This document shows positions 20,646-29,345 of a DNA stretch of 64,000 nt, piece after piece; the first letter of the stretch is position 1, and each line of letters opens with the position of its first letter. The notes below the pieces were generated by a model. That model saw only the letters and a list, made by a program, of their open reading frames with translations. It did no database searches and was not told the origin of the DNA. The position numbers and the translations under genes are program-made. This DNA comes from an uncultured Clostridia bacterium (GTDB lineage Bacteria > Bacillota > Clostridia > Christensenellales > UBA1242). The DNA lies in NCBI GenBank assembly GCA_944383415.1, contig CALWPK010000002.1, forward strand, positions 43,303-107,302, given 5' to 3'.

Positions 20646-20864
20646 ATGGTTGACGAAAAAAAATGCATCGCCTGCGGAGCCTGCATCTCAATATGTCCTG
20701 TGGGCGCAATAAAGTTTGTCAACGGCAAGGCATACATTAATCCGAAGAAGTGTATCAAGTGCAACAGTTGCGCTCAATTTTGCCCAGTGGTTGCTATTGA
20801 CATTAATACAGAAGACCCAACAACAACTGACAATTCAAAGAAAACTGATAAGAAAAAATTATAA
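20646..20864 (+). CDS. 2x[4Fe-4S] ferredoxin
   Basis: CIACGACISICP and CIKCNSCAQFCP cluster motifs. RBS aaaggaga. The start was moved to the ATG at 20646. Confidence 0.88.
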   Translation: MVDEKKCIACGACISICPVGAIKFVNGKAYINPKKCIKCNSCAQFCPVVAIDINTEDPTTTDNSKKTDKKKL

Positions 20865-20900
20865 AAAATTTTGAACATTTTGACAAAATTGATTATTAAA

Positions 20901-20931
20901 AATGCTAATTTCAAATTAGCATTTTATTTTT
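20901..20931 (+). terminator. intrinsic terminator
   Basis: aatgctaat-ttcaa-attagcatt followed by a T-rich run. Confidence 0.7.
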
Positions 20932-21017
20932 AATAAATTTTTAATTTTAAATAAGAAGTTCTATTTTTTAACTTTGTACGAATTCCAATTTTATAAATTT
21001 ATAGATTCAAGAATCCA

Positions 21018-22715
21018 TCAATTGTTCGCTTCTAATCTATGCTTGTAATCATTCGATTTTTCTTTCAATTCTTGGCTTATATTCAATCCGTTTTTTGTCG
21101 TAGCACCCATTAGACGTGCAATTTCTTCATACAGCGGTTCATCTTTCAAAATTGTTGCTTGGGTATGAGTAGTAGACTCGTCTGAATATTTCATAACCTT
21201 GATATTGTTGTCTGCCATAGCGCATATTTGAGGTAGGTGAGAGATGGCAATAATCTGTTTTTTCAAACTTAGCCTTGCCATATATTCAGCAACAACGCTC
21301 GCGATATTCCCACTGAGTCCACTGTCGATTTCATCGAAAATAATCGTTTGAATATCGTCCACAACGCTGACCACGATCTTGTATGCCAATACTACTCTGC
21401 TCATTTCTCCGCCTGACACGACCTTATTGAGAGGTTTTAGTTCAAAGCCTAAATTGGCAGAAAACATAAATTCCACCCTATCTGCACCCGTATATGAATA
21501 TCTGTCCGCAATGCGTGAAAATTCTACATCTACACGTGCATTAGGCATACCTAGTGTTCTTAATTCTAATTGAAGTTTCTTCACCAAACTCTTTGCAGAA
21601 TCTGTACGAATTTGGGTCAATTTTGCCTGAATTTCGTCTATTTCATCTAGGACTTTTTCTCTCTCGGTATTCAACTGCTGAAAACGTTCAGCACTATTTA
21701 TCAAACTAGTTAATTTTTGGCTAATCTCATTGTAATATTTCATAGTAGATTCGTAATTTCCGCCATATTTTCTATATAGATTCTTCAGGAAATCAAGTCT
21801 ACCATCTATAGAATCAAATTTTTCCTGATCAAACACATTGTTTGTCAAATCGTTTAGCACCGTTTCGTTGATATCTTCCAGTTCTATCAGCAGACTATTT
21901 AGCCTATCTAAAATGTTCGAATAATGCTCATTGATATGACTGATAGATTGCATTGCCTTGATTGACGAATAAATGTTGTCTACAGCGGTAGATGAAAAAC
22001 TATTTTTGCAGTTTGCTTCGTAGCACAATCTCAAACTCTCGTTGATCTTTTCATATTGTTGCATCTCTTTTTTTTCTGCAGTCAGTCTATCAAACTCATC
22101 GCTAGATAATTTTGCATCCACTATCTCTTTGATTTGATACGAATATAGGTCGATCAAATTCTGCTTTTCACTCTCGCTTCCTCCGAGCAATTTTATCTCA
22201 TTTTCTATTGATTTCAAGATCTCAATTTTCTCGTGCAATTCGTCAAGCAACAATTTTGAACCATTGCCAAATAGATCTATGATTTCAAGTTGATAATTGT
22301 TGTCCAAAATAGCGAGATGTTCACTTTGCCCGTGCAGATCAACTAGCCTTTGACATATCTTTTTTACGCTAGATATAGGCACCAATTCTCCATTGATCTT
22401 GCATATATTTTTCCCGTTTAGATCCAACTCGCGAGACAAAAACATCTCGTCATCCACCGAAATGCCCAATTCGTTATTTACAAATTCAATCAATTTGTCA
22501 GATAGATTATTGAAAATCGCCTCAACACGCATACGTTCGCAACCTGAACGAATAAGCGACCTATCCGCCCTGCCACCGAAAACAAAACTCAACGCATCCA
22601 AAATGATACTTTTGCCAGCACCTGTCTCACCACTAATTACGTTGAGCCCGCCATCAAAACTTAATACGACTTTGTCTATCAAAGCCACATTTTCGATCTT
22701 CAGTGTATTTAACAT
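21018..22715 (-). CDS. recN: DNA repair protein RecN
   Basis: GETGAGKSIILDAL Walker A, long coiled-coil middle, C-terminal SGGE signature (VVSGGEMSRV). Confidence 0.93.
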   Translation of the reverse strand: MLNTLKIENVALIDKVVLSFDGGLNVISGETGAGKSIILDALSFVFGGRADRSLIRSGCERMRVEAIFNNLSDKLIEFVNNELGISVDDEMFLSRELDLNGKNICKINGELVPISSVKKICQRLVDLHGQSEHLAILDNNYQLEIIDLFGNGSKLLLDELHEKIEILKSIENEIKLLGGSESEKQNLIDLYSYQIKEIVDAKLSSDEFDRLTAEKKEMQQYEKINESLRLCYEANCKNSFSSTAVDNIYSSIKAMQSISHINEHYSNILDRLNSLLIELEDINETVLNDLTNNVFDQEKFDSIDGRLDFLKNLYRKYGGNYESTMKYYNEISQKLTSLINSAERFQQLNTEREKVLDEIDEIQAKLTQIRTDSAKSLVKKLQLELRTLGMPNARVDVEFSRIADRYSYTGADRVEFMFSANLGFELKPLNKVVSGGEMSRVVLAYKIVVSVVDDIQTIIFDEIDSGLSGNIASVVAEYMARLSLKKQIIAISHLPQICAMADNNIKVMKYSDESTTHTQATILKDEPLYEEIARLMGATTKNGLNISQELKEKSNDYKHRLEANN

Positions 22716-23704
22716 TATTTAACCATTTTTTCTCTTATCTTTTTGTCTATCTCGTCCGCGATCTCAGGATGTGAACTTAGATATGCTTTCACATTTTCCT
22801 TACCCTGACCGATCTTGTCTGAATTATAACTAAACCACGAACCACTCTTCTCCACTATCCCCATATCTATGGCGGTGTCAATCAAGCAACCTAAAATAGA
22901 GATACCCTCTCCGTACATTATATCAAACTCGGCAGTCTTGAACGGAGGAGCGACCTTGTTTTTCACCACTTTGATCTTAGTACGTGAGCCGATTATGTCT
23001 TGCCCGCTCTTGATGGTATCCAATTTCCTCACATCGAGACGCACTGAGGAATAAAATTTCAATGCTTTTCCGCCCGGAGTAGTCTCAGGACTGCCAAACA
23101 TTACGCCCACTTTCTCACGCAACTGATTGATGAAGATCACGAGTGTTTTGCTCTTAGACGTGACGCCCGTGAGTTTCCTCAATGCCTGAGACATAAGTCG
23201 CGCCTGAAGTCCTATGAAACTATCCCCCATTTCACCGTCTATTTCCGCTTTTGGAGTGAGTGCAGCCACCGAATCAATTACAATGATGTCAATACCGCCA
23301 CTTCGCACCAATTGCTCCGTAATTTCCAGTGCTTGCTCTCCAGTATCCGGCTGAGAAACATACATAGCACCGATATCTACACCCAATTTTTGTGCATAAA
23401 TAGGATCAAGTGCGTGCTCTGCATCAATGAATGCCGCCGTTCCTCCCAATTTCTGCGCCTCTGCTATCACGTGCAAAGCAACAGTAGTTTTACCACTACT
23501 CTCTGGTCCGTAGATTTCCACAATTCTTCCACGTGGCAGTCCGCCTACTCCCAATGCTATGTCGAGTGGCAAACACCCAGTAGGAATCACATCAATCCCT
23601 TCGTATATGTTCGTCTCATCCATTTTGATGATCGAACCCTTTCCATACTGTTTTTCAATCTGAGCGATGGTTTGCTCCAATGCCTTTTTCTTCTCGTCAG
23701 TCAA
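22715..23704 (-). CDS. recA: recombinase RecA (TTG start)
   Basis: GPESSGKTT Walker A and [25 protein letters not shown] aaaaggaga followed by TTG. The stop overlaps the recN start (TAATG). Confidence 0.95.
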   Translation of the reverse strand: MTDEKKKALEQTIAQIEKQYGKGSIIKMDETNIYEGIDVIPTGCLPLDIALGVGGLPRGRIVEIYGPESSGKTTVALHVIAEAQKLGGTAAFIDAEHALDPIYAQKLGVDIGAMYVSQPDTGEQALEITEQLVRSGGIDIIVIDSVAALTPKAEIDGEMGDSFIGLQARLMSQALRKLTGVTSKSKTLVIFINQLREKVGVMFGSPETTPGGKALKFYSSVRLDVRKLDTIKSGQDIIGSRTKIKVVKNKVAPPFKTAEFDIMYGEGISILGCLIDTAIDMGIVEKSGSWFSYNSDKIGQGKENVKAYLSSHPEIADEIDKKIREKMVK

Positions 23705-23729
23705 AATATTTTCTCCTTTTTATTTCTTA

Positions 23730-23769
23730 AGTTTATCAAATATATAAATAAATGTCAAACATTTGTTCG
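23730..23769 (-). promoter_or_regulatory. recA promoter with LexA (Cheo-type) box
   Basis: The minus strand reads CGAACaaatGTTTG (23756-23769) overlapping a TTGACA -35 (23753-23758). A 17-nt spacer precedes TAAACT (23730-23735). Confidence 0.6.
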
Positions 23770-23782
23770 ACATTTTAAATTC

Positions 23783-24409
23783 TTATTTTTCTATAGAGTC
23801 TTCTTTCGTTTTCTCCTCATTATTTTCTTTGAGGCAGGCTTTGTTCTTCACCAAATAGTTGACGCCAGATATCACGGTGAGGAGTGTCGCTAGACCTAGC
23901 ATAATGTATGTGAATATCTCGAATATCAACACAAATGTAGCGTTGAAAGATATGCCAGAAGTGTATATGAATGACAACACAATTGACACAGGTAAAGCGA
24001 TCATTTGAACCATAGTCTTTGCCTTGCCCCAAATATCAGCAGCGAGCACGATCCCTCTGTTCGCAGCAAGCAGACGCAATGCACTCACCATAAATTCACG
24101 TGCAATGATGATCGTCACAATAATTGCACCGTAAGGATTAGGAATGGTGCCGTCCGCGATGATCAAGAAGAAAACGGTAGAAGTCAAAATCTTGTCCGCT
24201 ATAGGATCTAGGAATTTGCCAAAATTGGTCACCAAATTTCTGCTCCTTGCGATCTTGCCGTCCAATAGATCGGTGAGTGCCGCTACGATGAAGATCACAA
24301 GCGCAATGATCTTGCCAATTCCATAAGGTATAAAATTGGCGAAATAAAAAAACATCATAAAAGGTATCAAGCATATTCTCATTATTGTCAGTTTGTTAGG
24401 TAAATTCAT
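23783..24409 (-). CDS. pgsA: CDP-diacylglycerol--glycerol-3-phosphate 3-phosphatidyltransferase
   Basis: CDP-alcohol phosphatidyltransferase motif DLLDGKIARSRNLVTNFGKFLDPIADK. Multi-TM. Confidence 0.9.
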   Translation of the reverse strand: MNLPNKLTIMRICLIPFMMFFYFANFIPYGIGKIIALVIFIVAALTDLLDGKIARSRNLVTNFGKFLDPIADKILTSTVFFLIIADGTIPNPYGAIIVTIIIAREFMVSALRLLAANRGIVLAADIWGKAKTMVQMIALPVSIVLSFIYTSGISFNATFVLIFEIFTYIMLGLATLLTVISGVNYLVKNKACLKENNEEKTKEDSIEK

Positions 24410-24810
24410 AATTATCTCCTGAGATTATTATATCAAAGCAAACAAAAAACGACAAGCAAAATCGCTCATAATTTTCAATAAGTGTTGCTATTGCCCAACT
24501 ATTCGCCTCAGTCGTGCTACTGAATCTTTACGCCTGCGAAAAGAGGTGGTCGCCGTTAGTACTTCTGTATATAATATCAATTGAGATTGCGAACGCGAAA
24601 AAAGATAAAAATAGTAAATCAATGTCGGTTGCTTGAAACGAACAATGATAAAAAGAATATACAACATCGTCAATTTTGCTCTAGTTTGATACCCTAAACT
24701 ATAAAATAATTTATCTAATTTTTCAATCAAAAATATGGAAAATATAAAACTATCATCTCACCCGTATCTTAAATATCATATTCAATCAAACTTTGCAGGG
24801 TGCGATTTTG

Positions 24811-24878
24811 ATACCTGTTAATTTGATTCTAAAATACCTATCAGTTTGATTTCACAATACATATCAGTTTGATTTCAT
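24811..24878. repeat. three iteron-like direct repeats (period about 23 bp)
   Basis: atacctgttaatttgattct, atacctatcagtttgatttca and atacatatcagtttgatttca. Confidence 0.6.
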
Positions 24879-24964
24879 AGCCCGAAGTTTTTAATTCTTC
24901 GCATTCTATTTAGTGGCAAATTTTCCTAGCAATATAGACACTCTATCTCAAATATAAATAATCC

Positions 24965-25165
24965 TCACTCCACTCCCAAAAGGGCGTCACAAGAACATTC
25001 TAGCAATTGGCACAATTTGAATAAATTGATTAAGTTTGGCAGGCTTTTCCCTTTTTCCCAATTTTCGATTGTAGACATTGACACATCAATACCTTGAGCA
25101 AGATCACGTTTGCTCTTTTTCTTTTCTATTCTAATACGTTTTAAATTATCTGAAAATTCTTTCAT
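24965..25165 (-). CDS. XRE-family helix-turn-helix regulator (66 aa)
   Basis: SKRDLAQGIDVSMSTIENWEKGKSLPNLINLFKLCQLL is a typical HTH_3 pattern. Confidence 0.8.
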   Translation of the reverse strand: MKEFSDNLKRIRIEKKKSKRDLAQGIDVSMSTIENWEKGKSLPNLINLFKLCQLLECSCDALLGVE

Positions 25166-25626
25166 ATTTTACCCAAAATTATATTATCAAACAGTGTGAA
25201 ATTTTTATGATATTCTACAAAATACGACATAAATAGACAAATCGTGTCCGCCTATACTGATCTATAGAATAGTGATGCATTGATTGAATTTCATTAATTG
25301 AAATTATTAAATCGTTCATATTTTAAGATGATAAAATGAGAACTGATATCATTGGCAAATTGATATTGATAAGAGATCTAGCATATTAGCACTTTTCTTT
25401 CGCGTCCTCGCTTGAATACGTTTTTTAATTTTCGAATTGCCTATTCATTATCTTCTGATTTCGCTATAATTTACACGATTTTTCTATCTATATTTGGTTG
25501 TCATTTGTTTTTTGTTCAACGAGTAAGCATTGAAGATGCTTACGAATATTGCTCGTCTGTAAGTATTTTGTTTCTCAAAATTGCTCCTTTGATAACTTTA
25601 CTTATATTGTCCTAACCTCACCACTT

Positions 25627-26076
25627 TCATTTCTTCTCGCCGTGATTTTTCCCTTTCACCACATCTTCATTCGTTGTATTATTTATATTAGTCGTTTTTC
25701 CTTTCGTATCATTTGTTATACGTTTTGTATTTTCTGTATAGTTTTTCGTATCGCCAATTGTGTTTTTTGTATTTTCCGTTGCGGTTTTTGTATTTCCTGT
25801 CGTAGTTTCACCAGTTATTGTGCTGTGCCTATTCGCATATTGCTTCATCCAATCAATGACCCTTTTCCTCAGCAAGAAGATCAAAAGCAATGCAATAGTT
25901 ATGAACAATAAAATTTGGACCACCTTATACCAAGCAGAATCGATTGAGGATATGCTCATAAAAAATGGCACCAGCCCAGCGAGCGAAAAACAAGCACCGA
26001 ACAGATACATCGGCTTGATGAGTTCTGCAATCAGCCCCAATATAATGATCGTCAGCCAAACATAAAACATAGTCAT
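25627..26076 (-). CDS. membrane protein (NfeD-like N-terminal membrane region) with NTK-repeat tail
   Basis: Three hydrophobic helices followed by TGNTKTATENTKNTIGDTKNYTENTKRITNDTKGKTT. The start is uncertain (ATG at 26076 or 26070, or TTG at 26133). Confidence 0.5.
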   Translation of the reverse strand: MTMFYVWLTIIILGLIAELIKPMYLFGACFSLAGLVPFFMSISSIDSAWYKVVQILLFITIALLLIFLLRKRVIDWMKQYANRHSTITGETTTGNTKTATENTKNTIGDTKNYTENTKRITNDTKGKTTNINNTTNEDVVKGKNHGEKK

Positions 26077-26140
26077 ATCCTTATAAAACAATACACCCAA
26101 AATATAGATATATAGATATTTTCGCACTATCAACGACGCC

Positions 26141-26285
26141 GATCAATTCGCGATCTGAATTGTAATACGAATATACATCGCTAGATACGATACGAGCATA
26201 TTGATCATCTGCTCGCGGTCTGAATATTGCCGCGATCCCGCGATCAGAATGATAAATACTCTTTTCTTTCTCAATCAGAATTGTG
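26141..26285. promoter_or_regulatory. cluster of CGCGATCWGAAT-like repeats and five GATC sites
   Basis: Repeat copies at about 26148, 26212, 26238 and 26271. GATC at 26141, 26152, 26203, 26234 and 26242. Confidence 0.4.
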
Positions 26286-26395
26286 CACTTACACTATCCA
26301 AAATTAATGAGGGCATTCTATTTGTGTTCGCAAGACGGTGTCCACCATTCTCGCTCTAATGATAAACAAACAAATTTACACTATATGAGAAAAAC

Positions 26396-26884
26396 CTATT
26401 CGCGCTCGAGAACTACCATTTTGATACCCGAACCTATAGCACTGCTTTCGTATACATAAGCGGTAGATACGGTTCGCTGACTAGGGACGATTATCAAATT
26501 GCCCGAATCGTCAAAATACAATTCCAGATATCCGTAGGAATGATTGAAATCTGTCGTGTCAGTTGAATCTGAAGAATCTGCCGAATCCAATTCCGAAACG
26601 ATGAAACATATCATTTTCGTCACGCCATTATCTGTGCAGGTCGTATGTGTGCCAGAATATATTGTGTCCGACCCATTCTCTGTCTTGGTGAGAGAAAATT
26701 CTGTATCAGTTATCGTCAGTTCAATATTGATTGCCGTCTCTTGAAATGTAGAGACCATAATGCTATCATATTTGCCCTCAAAATTCGGCTCGTCATCCCC
26801 GCAAGCAGAACACATAATGACCACCGCCATTAATAAAACAGCGAATATGCTGACAAATATTTTATTCTTCACTTTACTTTTCAT
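26396..26884 (-). CDS. lipoprotein
   Basis: Signal peptide with a lipobox-like VIMCSAC, then a Ser/Thr/Asp-rich mature part. Confidence 0.65.
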   Translation of the reverse strand: MKSKVKNKIFVSIFAVLLMAVVIMCSACGDDEPNFEGKYDSIMVSTFQETAINIELTITDTEFSLTKTENGSDTIYSGTHTTCTDNGVTKMICFIVSELDSADSSDSTDTTDFNHSYGYLELYFDDSGNLIIVPSQRTVSTAYVYESSAIGSGIKMVVLERE

Positions 26885-27067
26885 AATGTCTCCTTATTTT
26901 CGGTGATTATATATTAATTGAATTTTAAAAAACCTTTTGCGATTTTTATTTTATTGACCTTTTATATTCTAGGAAATCTTTGTTTTTCAATTTCAGTTTG
27001 ATTTTAAATTAGAATCGTCAATTTTTAGCGTTGATCAATTCGCCTCCACTCTGCAACAATTTTCATA

Positions 27068-28015
27068 TCAATAAAATTTGAAGTTATCCAATTTTTTTAT
27101 TTCATCATAAAAAATTTGGTGCATTTTCTTCTTGTTGACTTTATATGCAAAGTTTATGTTCCCTTTGCGGTTGAACGTGATTACCGTTTTGCCCGGTTGC
27201 TTATCCGTGTCCACCTCGAAGAAGGCACGCTTCGTCTTGAATAGTTTTGGATATCGCATAATCATACACGCACAAGTGTCATTCGTCGCAATTCTCCTAT
27301 CTGGATAATTATGTTCCCAATATCCAGAATAAATTTCGTATATAAATCTGCCGACGTCGTTGATCGTCTTGATATAATTCACTTCCTCTTCAGTGAAATT
27401 CGCCAATTCTCTACCCATTCTAGACGGAATGATCGTGATCGGAATGCCACTATCAATGACTATCTTGAACGCCTCAGGATCGCTGGATACATTGAAAGAT
27501 ATATACTCTACCCATCTACCCTCCGATTTCAATCCATAAGGTGCGCACCCTTCGCAATAAATATGACTGATCATATTCTTCACATCGGGATGTCGAGTGA
27601 ACAAATGTCCAAGATTTGTATGTGGTCCAAGTGCAAAAATTACTATATCATTTTTGAATTTTTTGATCGTCTCATACATAGCCTCAATCGCATCCTCTTC
27701 AATGGGCTTGGTCTCTACAATTTCTGGTGGAATATATCCGCCCAAACCTTCGTTTTGATGAATAAATGTGGCATCTGGACTAATTCTCTCCATTGCTTTT
27801 TTTGCACCCATTGCAAGAGGTATATTCGTTCGCTTGAATTTTTCTAATATATGCAGTGCATTCCTTGTCACCTTATTTAAACTGAGATTCCCGCAAACAG
27901 TGGTTATCAATTTGATATCCAATTCATCGTCATATAATGATAACGACAATGCCACAGCATCGTCTGCACCTGGATCGCAGTCGAATATGCAATTTTGTCT
28001 TTTCTTTCCTTTCAT
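27068..28015 (-). CDS. nucleoside hydrolase (IUNH family)
   Basis: The N-terminal DCDPGADDAVAL aspartate cluster is characteristic of inosine-uridine-preferring nucleoside hydrolases. Confidence 0.88.
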   Translation of the reverse strand: MKGKKRQNCIFDCDPGADDAVALSLSLYDDELDIKLITTVCGNLSLNKVTRNALHILEKFKRTNIPLAMGAKKAMERISPDATFIHQNEGLGGYIPPEIVETKPIEEDAIEAMYETIKKFKNDIVIFALGPHTNLGHLFTRHPDVKNMISHIYCEGCAPYGLKSEGRWVEYISFNVSSDPEAFKIVIDSGIPITIIPSRMGRELANFTEEEVNYIKTINDVGRFIYEIYSGYWEHNYPDRRIATNDTCACMIMRYPKLFKTKRAFFEVDTDKQPGKTVITFNRKGNINFAYKVNKKKMHQIFYDEIKKLDNFKFY

Positions 28016-28507
28016 TATTACTCCTAATATTTTATTTCAACTAATAACTCATTATATAATATTAAAATTAATTTTACAAGTGTTTTGATATTACAAATTA
28101 GATTAATATTTACCTATTTTATATAATTTATATATTTCGCCAACTAATTGTGTATTACATCGTTCAAAAAGTTTCAAGGCTCCTCTACCGCTGAATCATT
28201 ATATTTTTTCACTCACGAGAAAAATTTAGCAATTTCTCCTGCCAACAAATTCTTTTTGTTCACCGACCGACAAAACAGTTATCATACCTAGCGATACTGT
28301 CAATGAGGATAATCTACCTCCTAAAGTGATTGTTTATACCTAATTTAGCAACTGACATATCAACTTGAACTTCCTATAATCTATTTATTCGCTCCATCCT
28401 TAAGTCCATCATTAATATTATCCCTGTTTTTTCATTAAATAATTTACTTCGTTGCACATACATTTTCAACTAATTTCAACAATATTCAAATAAATGCATA
28501 ATGAATG

Positions 28508-28536
28508 TTGACAAAAAAAAATTAATTTGCTAAAAT
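28508..28536 (+). promoter_or_regulatory. near-consensus sigma-A promoter with no downstream CDS
   Basis: TTGACA, 17-nt spacer, TGcTAAAAT. The spacer contains an A9 run (28513-28521). Confidence 0.65.
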
Positions 28537-28542
28537 ATATTT

Positions 28543-29345
28543 GTTCGCAATTGAATTTTGATCCAACACTCCTTCGAAAGTCAATTCCTCTAGTTTGGAT
28601 TTGAAAAAAACCACAAAAATCGAACCTAACGTAAATCCATCCCAGTGCGTGACGTTCATCACTAGCGAAAAGTGCTGCTACGCAACGTAAAGTGCTTCAA
28701 ATCTATAATATGAAATGGAGCAAACTCACAAAAGGTAGACCCAAAGAGACTCCATTGAGTGCCATTCGACACGAGATGGAAAGAGACACAAATATCCAAA
28801 ATAACCTCTTAAAAAGAAAAGAAGTAATGAAGGAAGGCGTCACAATACGCCGTATAGTCAATTTGCTGACGCAAATATAGACCTTTAGGCGATTGTTCCT
28901 CTCGTCGCGACTCGAACTCTTGCTAATTCGCTAAACAGAGTTTACGCGAATAAACGCTTTTTGTTCGGTCACTCCTCTTCCCCGCTACGCACTAGCGCTT
29001 GCGGGGACCCTAAACAATTTCATTCATTAAGCGAGTGCTTGTGGGAGCCCAAAACCCCAAACCCCATTGCGAGTTTACAACTCTTATGGGAGACCCCGAA
29101 AGTCCTTCATAGAAGTGAGTTATCGACAATGATTCGATATTTACGAATGAAATGAAATAAATTCGTAAAAATTAAAGAAAATTACTCGAATAGTCTTCTA
29201 AATGATCATTATCTAAATTAACTTCTTTGAAAAGGAAAAGAAGTAATGAAGGAAAACGCGAGTTGTCCTTCATAGAAGCAAGTAATCAAGCAAAAAACTA
29301 AAATTGCGTAGCAATTTAGTAATAGCGCAAATTACGAAGCGACGA
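28543..29345 (+). ncRNA. candidate long structured non-coding transcript upstream of tRNA-Leu (family unknown)
   Basis: About 800 nt between a strong promoter and tRNA-Leu. No RBS-preceded ORF. Many short helices and a duplicated X/Y pairing segment. See findings. Confidence 0.35.
28980..29097 (+). repeat. three copies (two full, one 3-prime half) of the CCCAC-loop-GTGGG-AGCCC hairpin motif
   Basis: ccccgc-tacgcactagcgctt-gcgggg-accc (28980-29010). gcgagtgctt-gtggg-agccc (29031-29050). ccccat-tgcgagtttacaactctt-atggg-agacccc (29062-29097). Confidence 0.7.

Noticed and set aside
23312-23893. 193-aa + strand ORF overlapping recA and pgsA. Similar long antisense ORFs occur inside the nucleoside hydrolase (27311-27847), the CYTH gene (11584-12030) and trmH (58205-58621).
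   Set aside because: They are antisense to genes with unambiguous conserved motifs. The composition is low-complexity and no RBS is present.
24488-24730. 80-aa minus-strand ORF in the pgsA upstream gap
   Set aside because: It has no RBS, an odd composition (FIIVRF..YYFYLF) and ends in an Arg-rich tail. The region is more likely non-coding. The GC-richer segment at 24495-24570 could not be matched to any riboswitch I know.
28692-29155. Two small + strand ORFs (62 and 64 codons) in the tRNA-Leu upstream region
   Set aside because: They have non-ATG or weak starts, no Shine-Dalgarno sequence and unremarkable translations. The region is better explained as non-coding RNA or repeat DNA.
28543-29345. 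RNase P RNA, tmRNA, 6S RNA, SRP RNA or a group II intron as the identity of the 0.8-kb non-coding stretch
   Set aside because: I could not find the RNase P GAGGAAAGTCC/ACAGAA cores (only a loose cgaaagtcc), a tmRNA tag frame or tRNA-like end, or a group II domain V. A GTGCG at 28645 has no matching 3-prime elements. This is only an eyeball exclusion and needs cmsearch.
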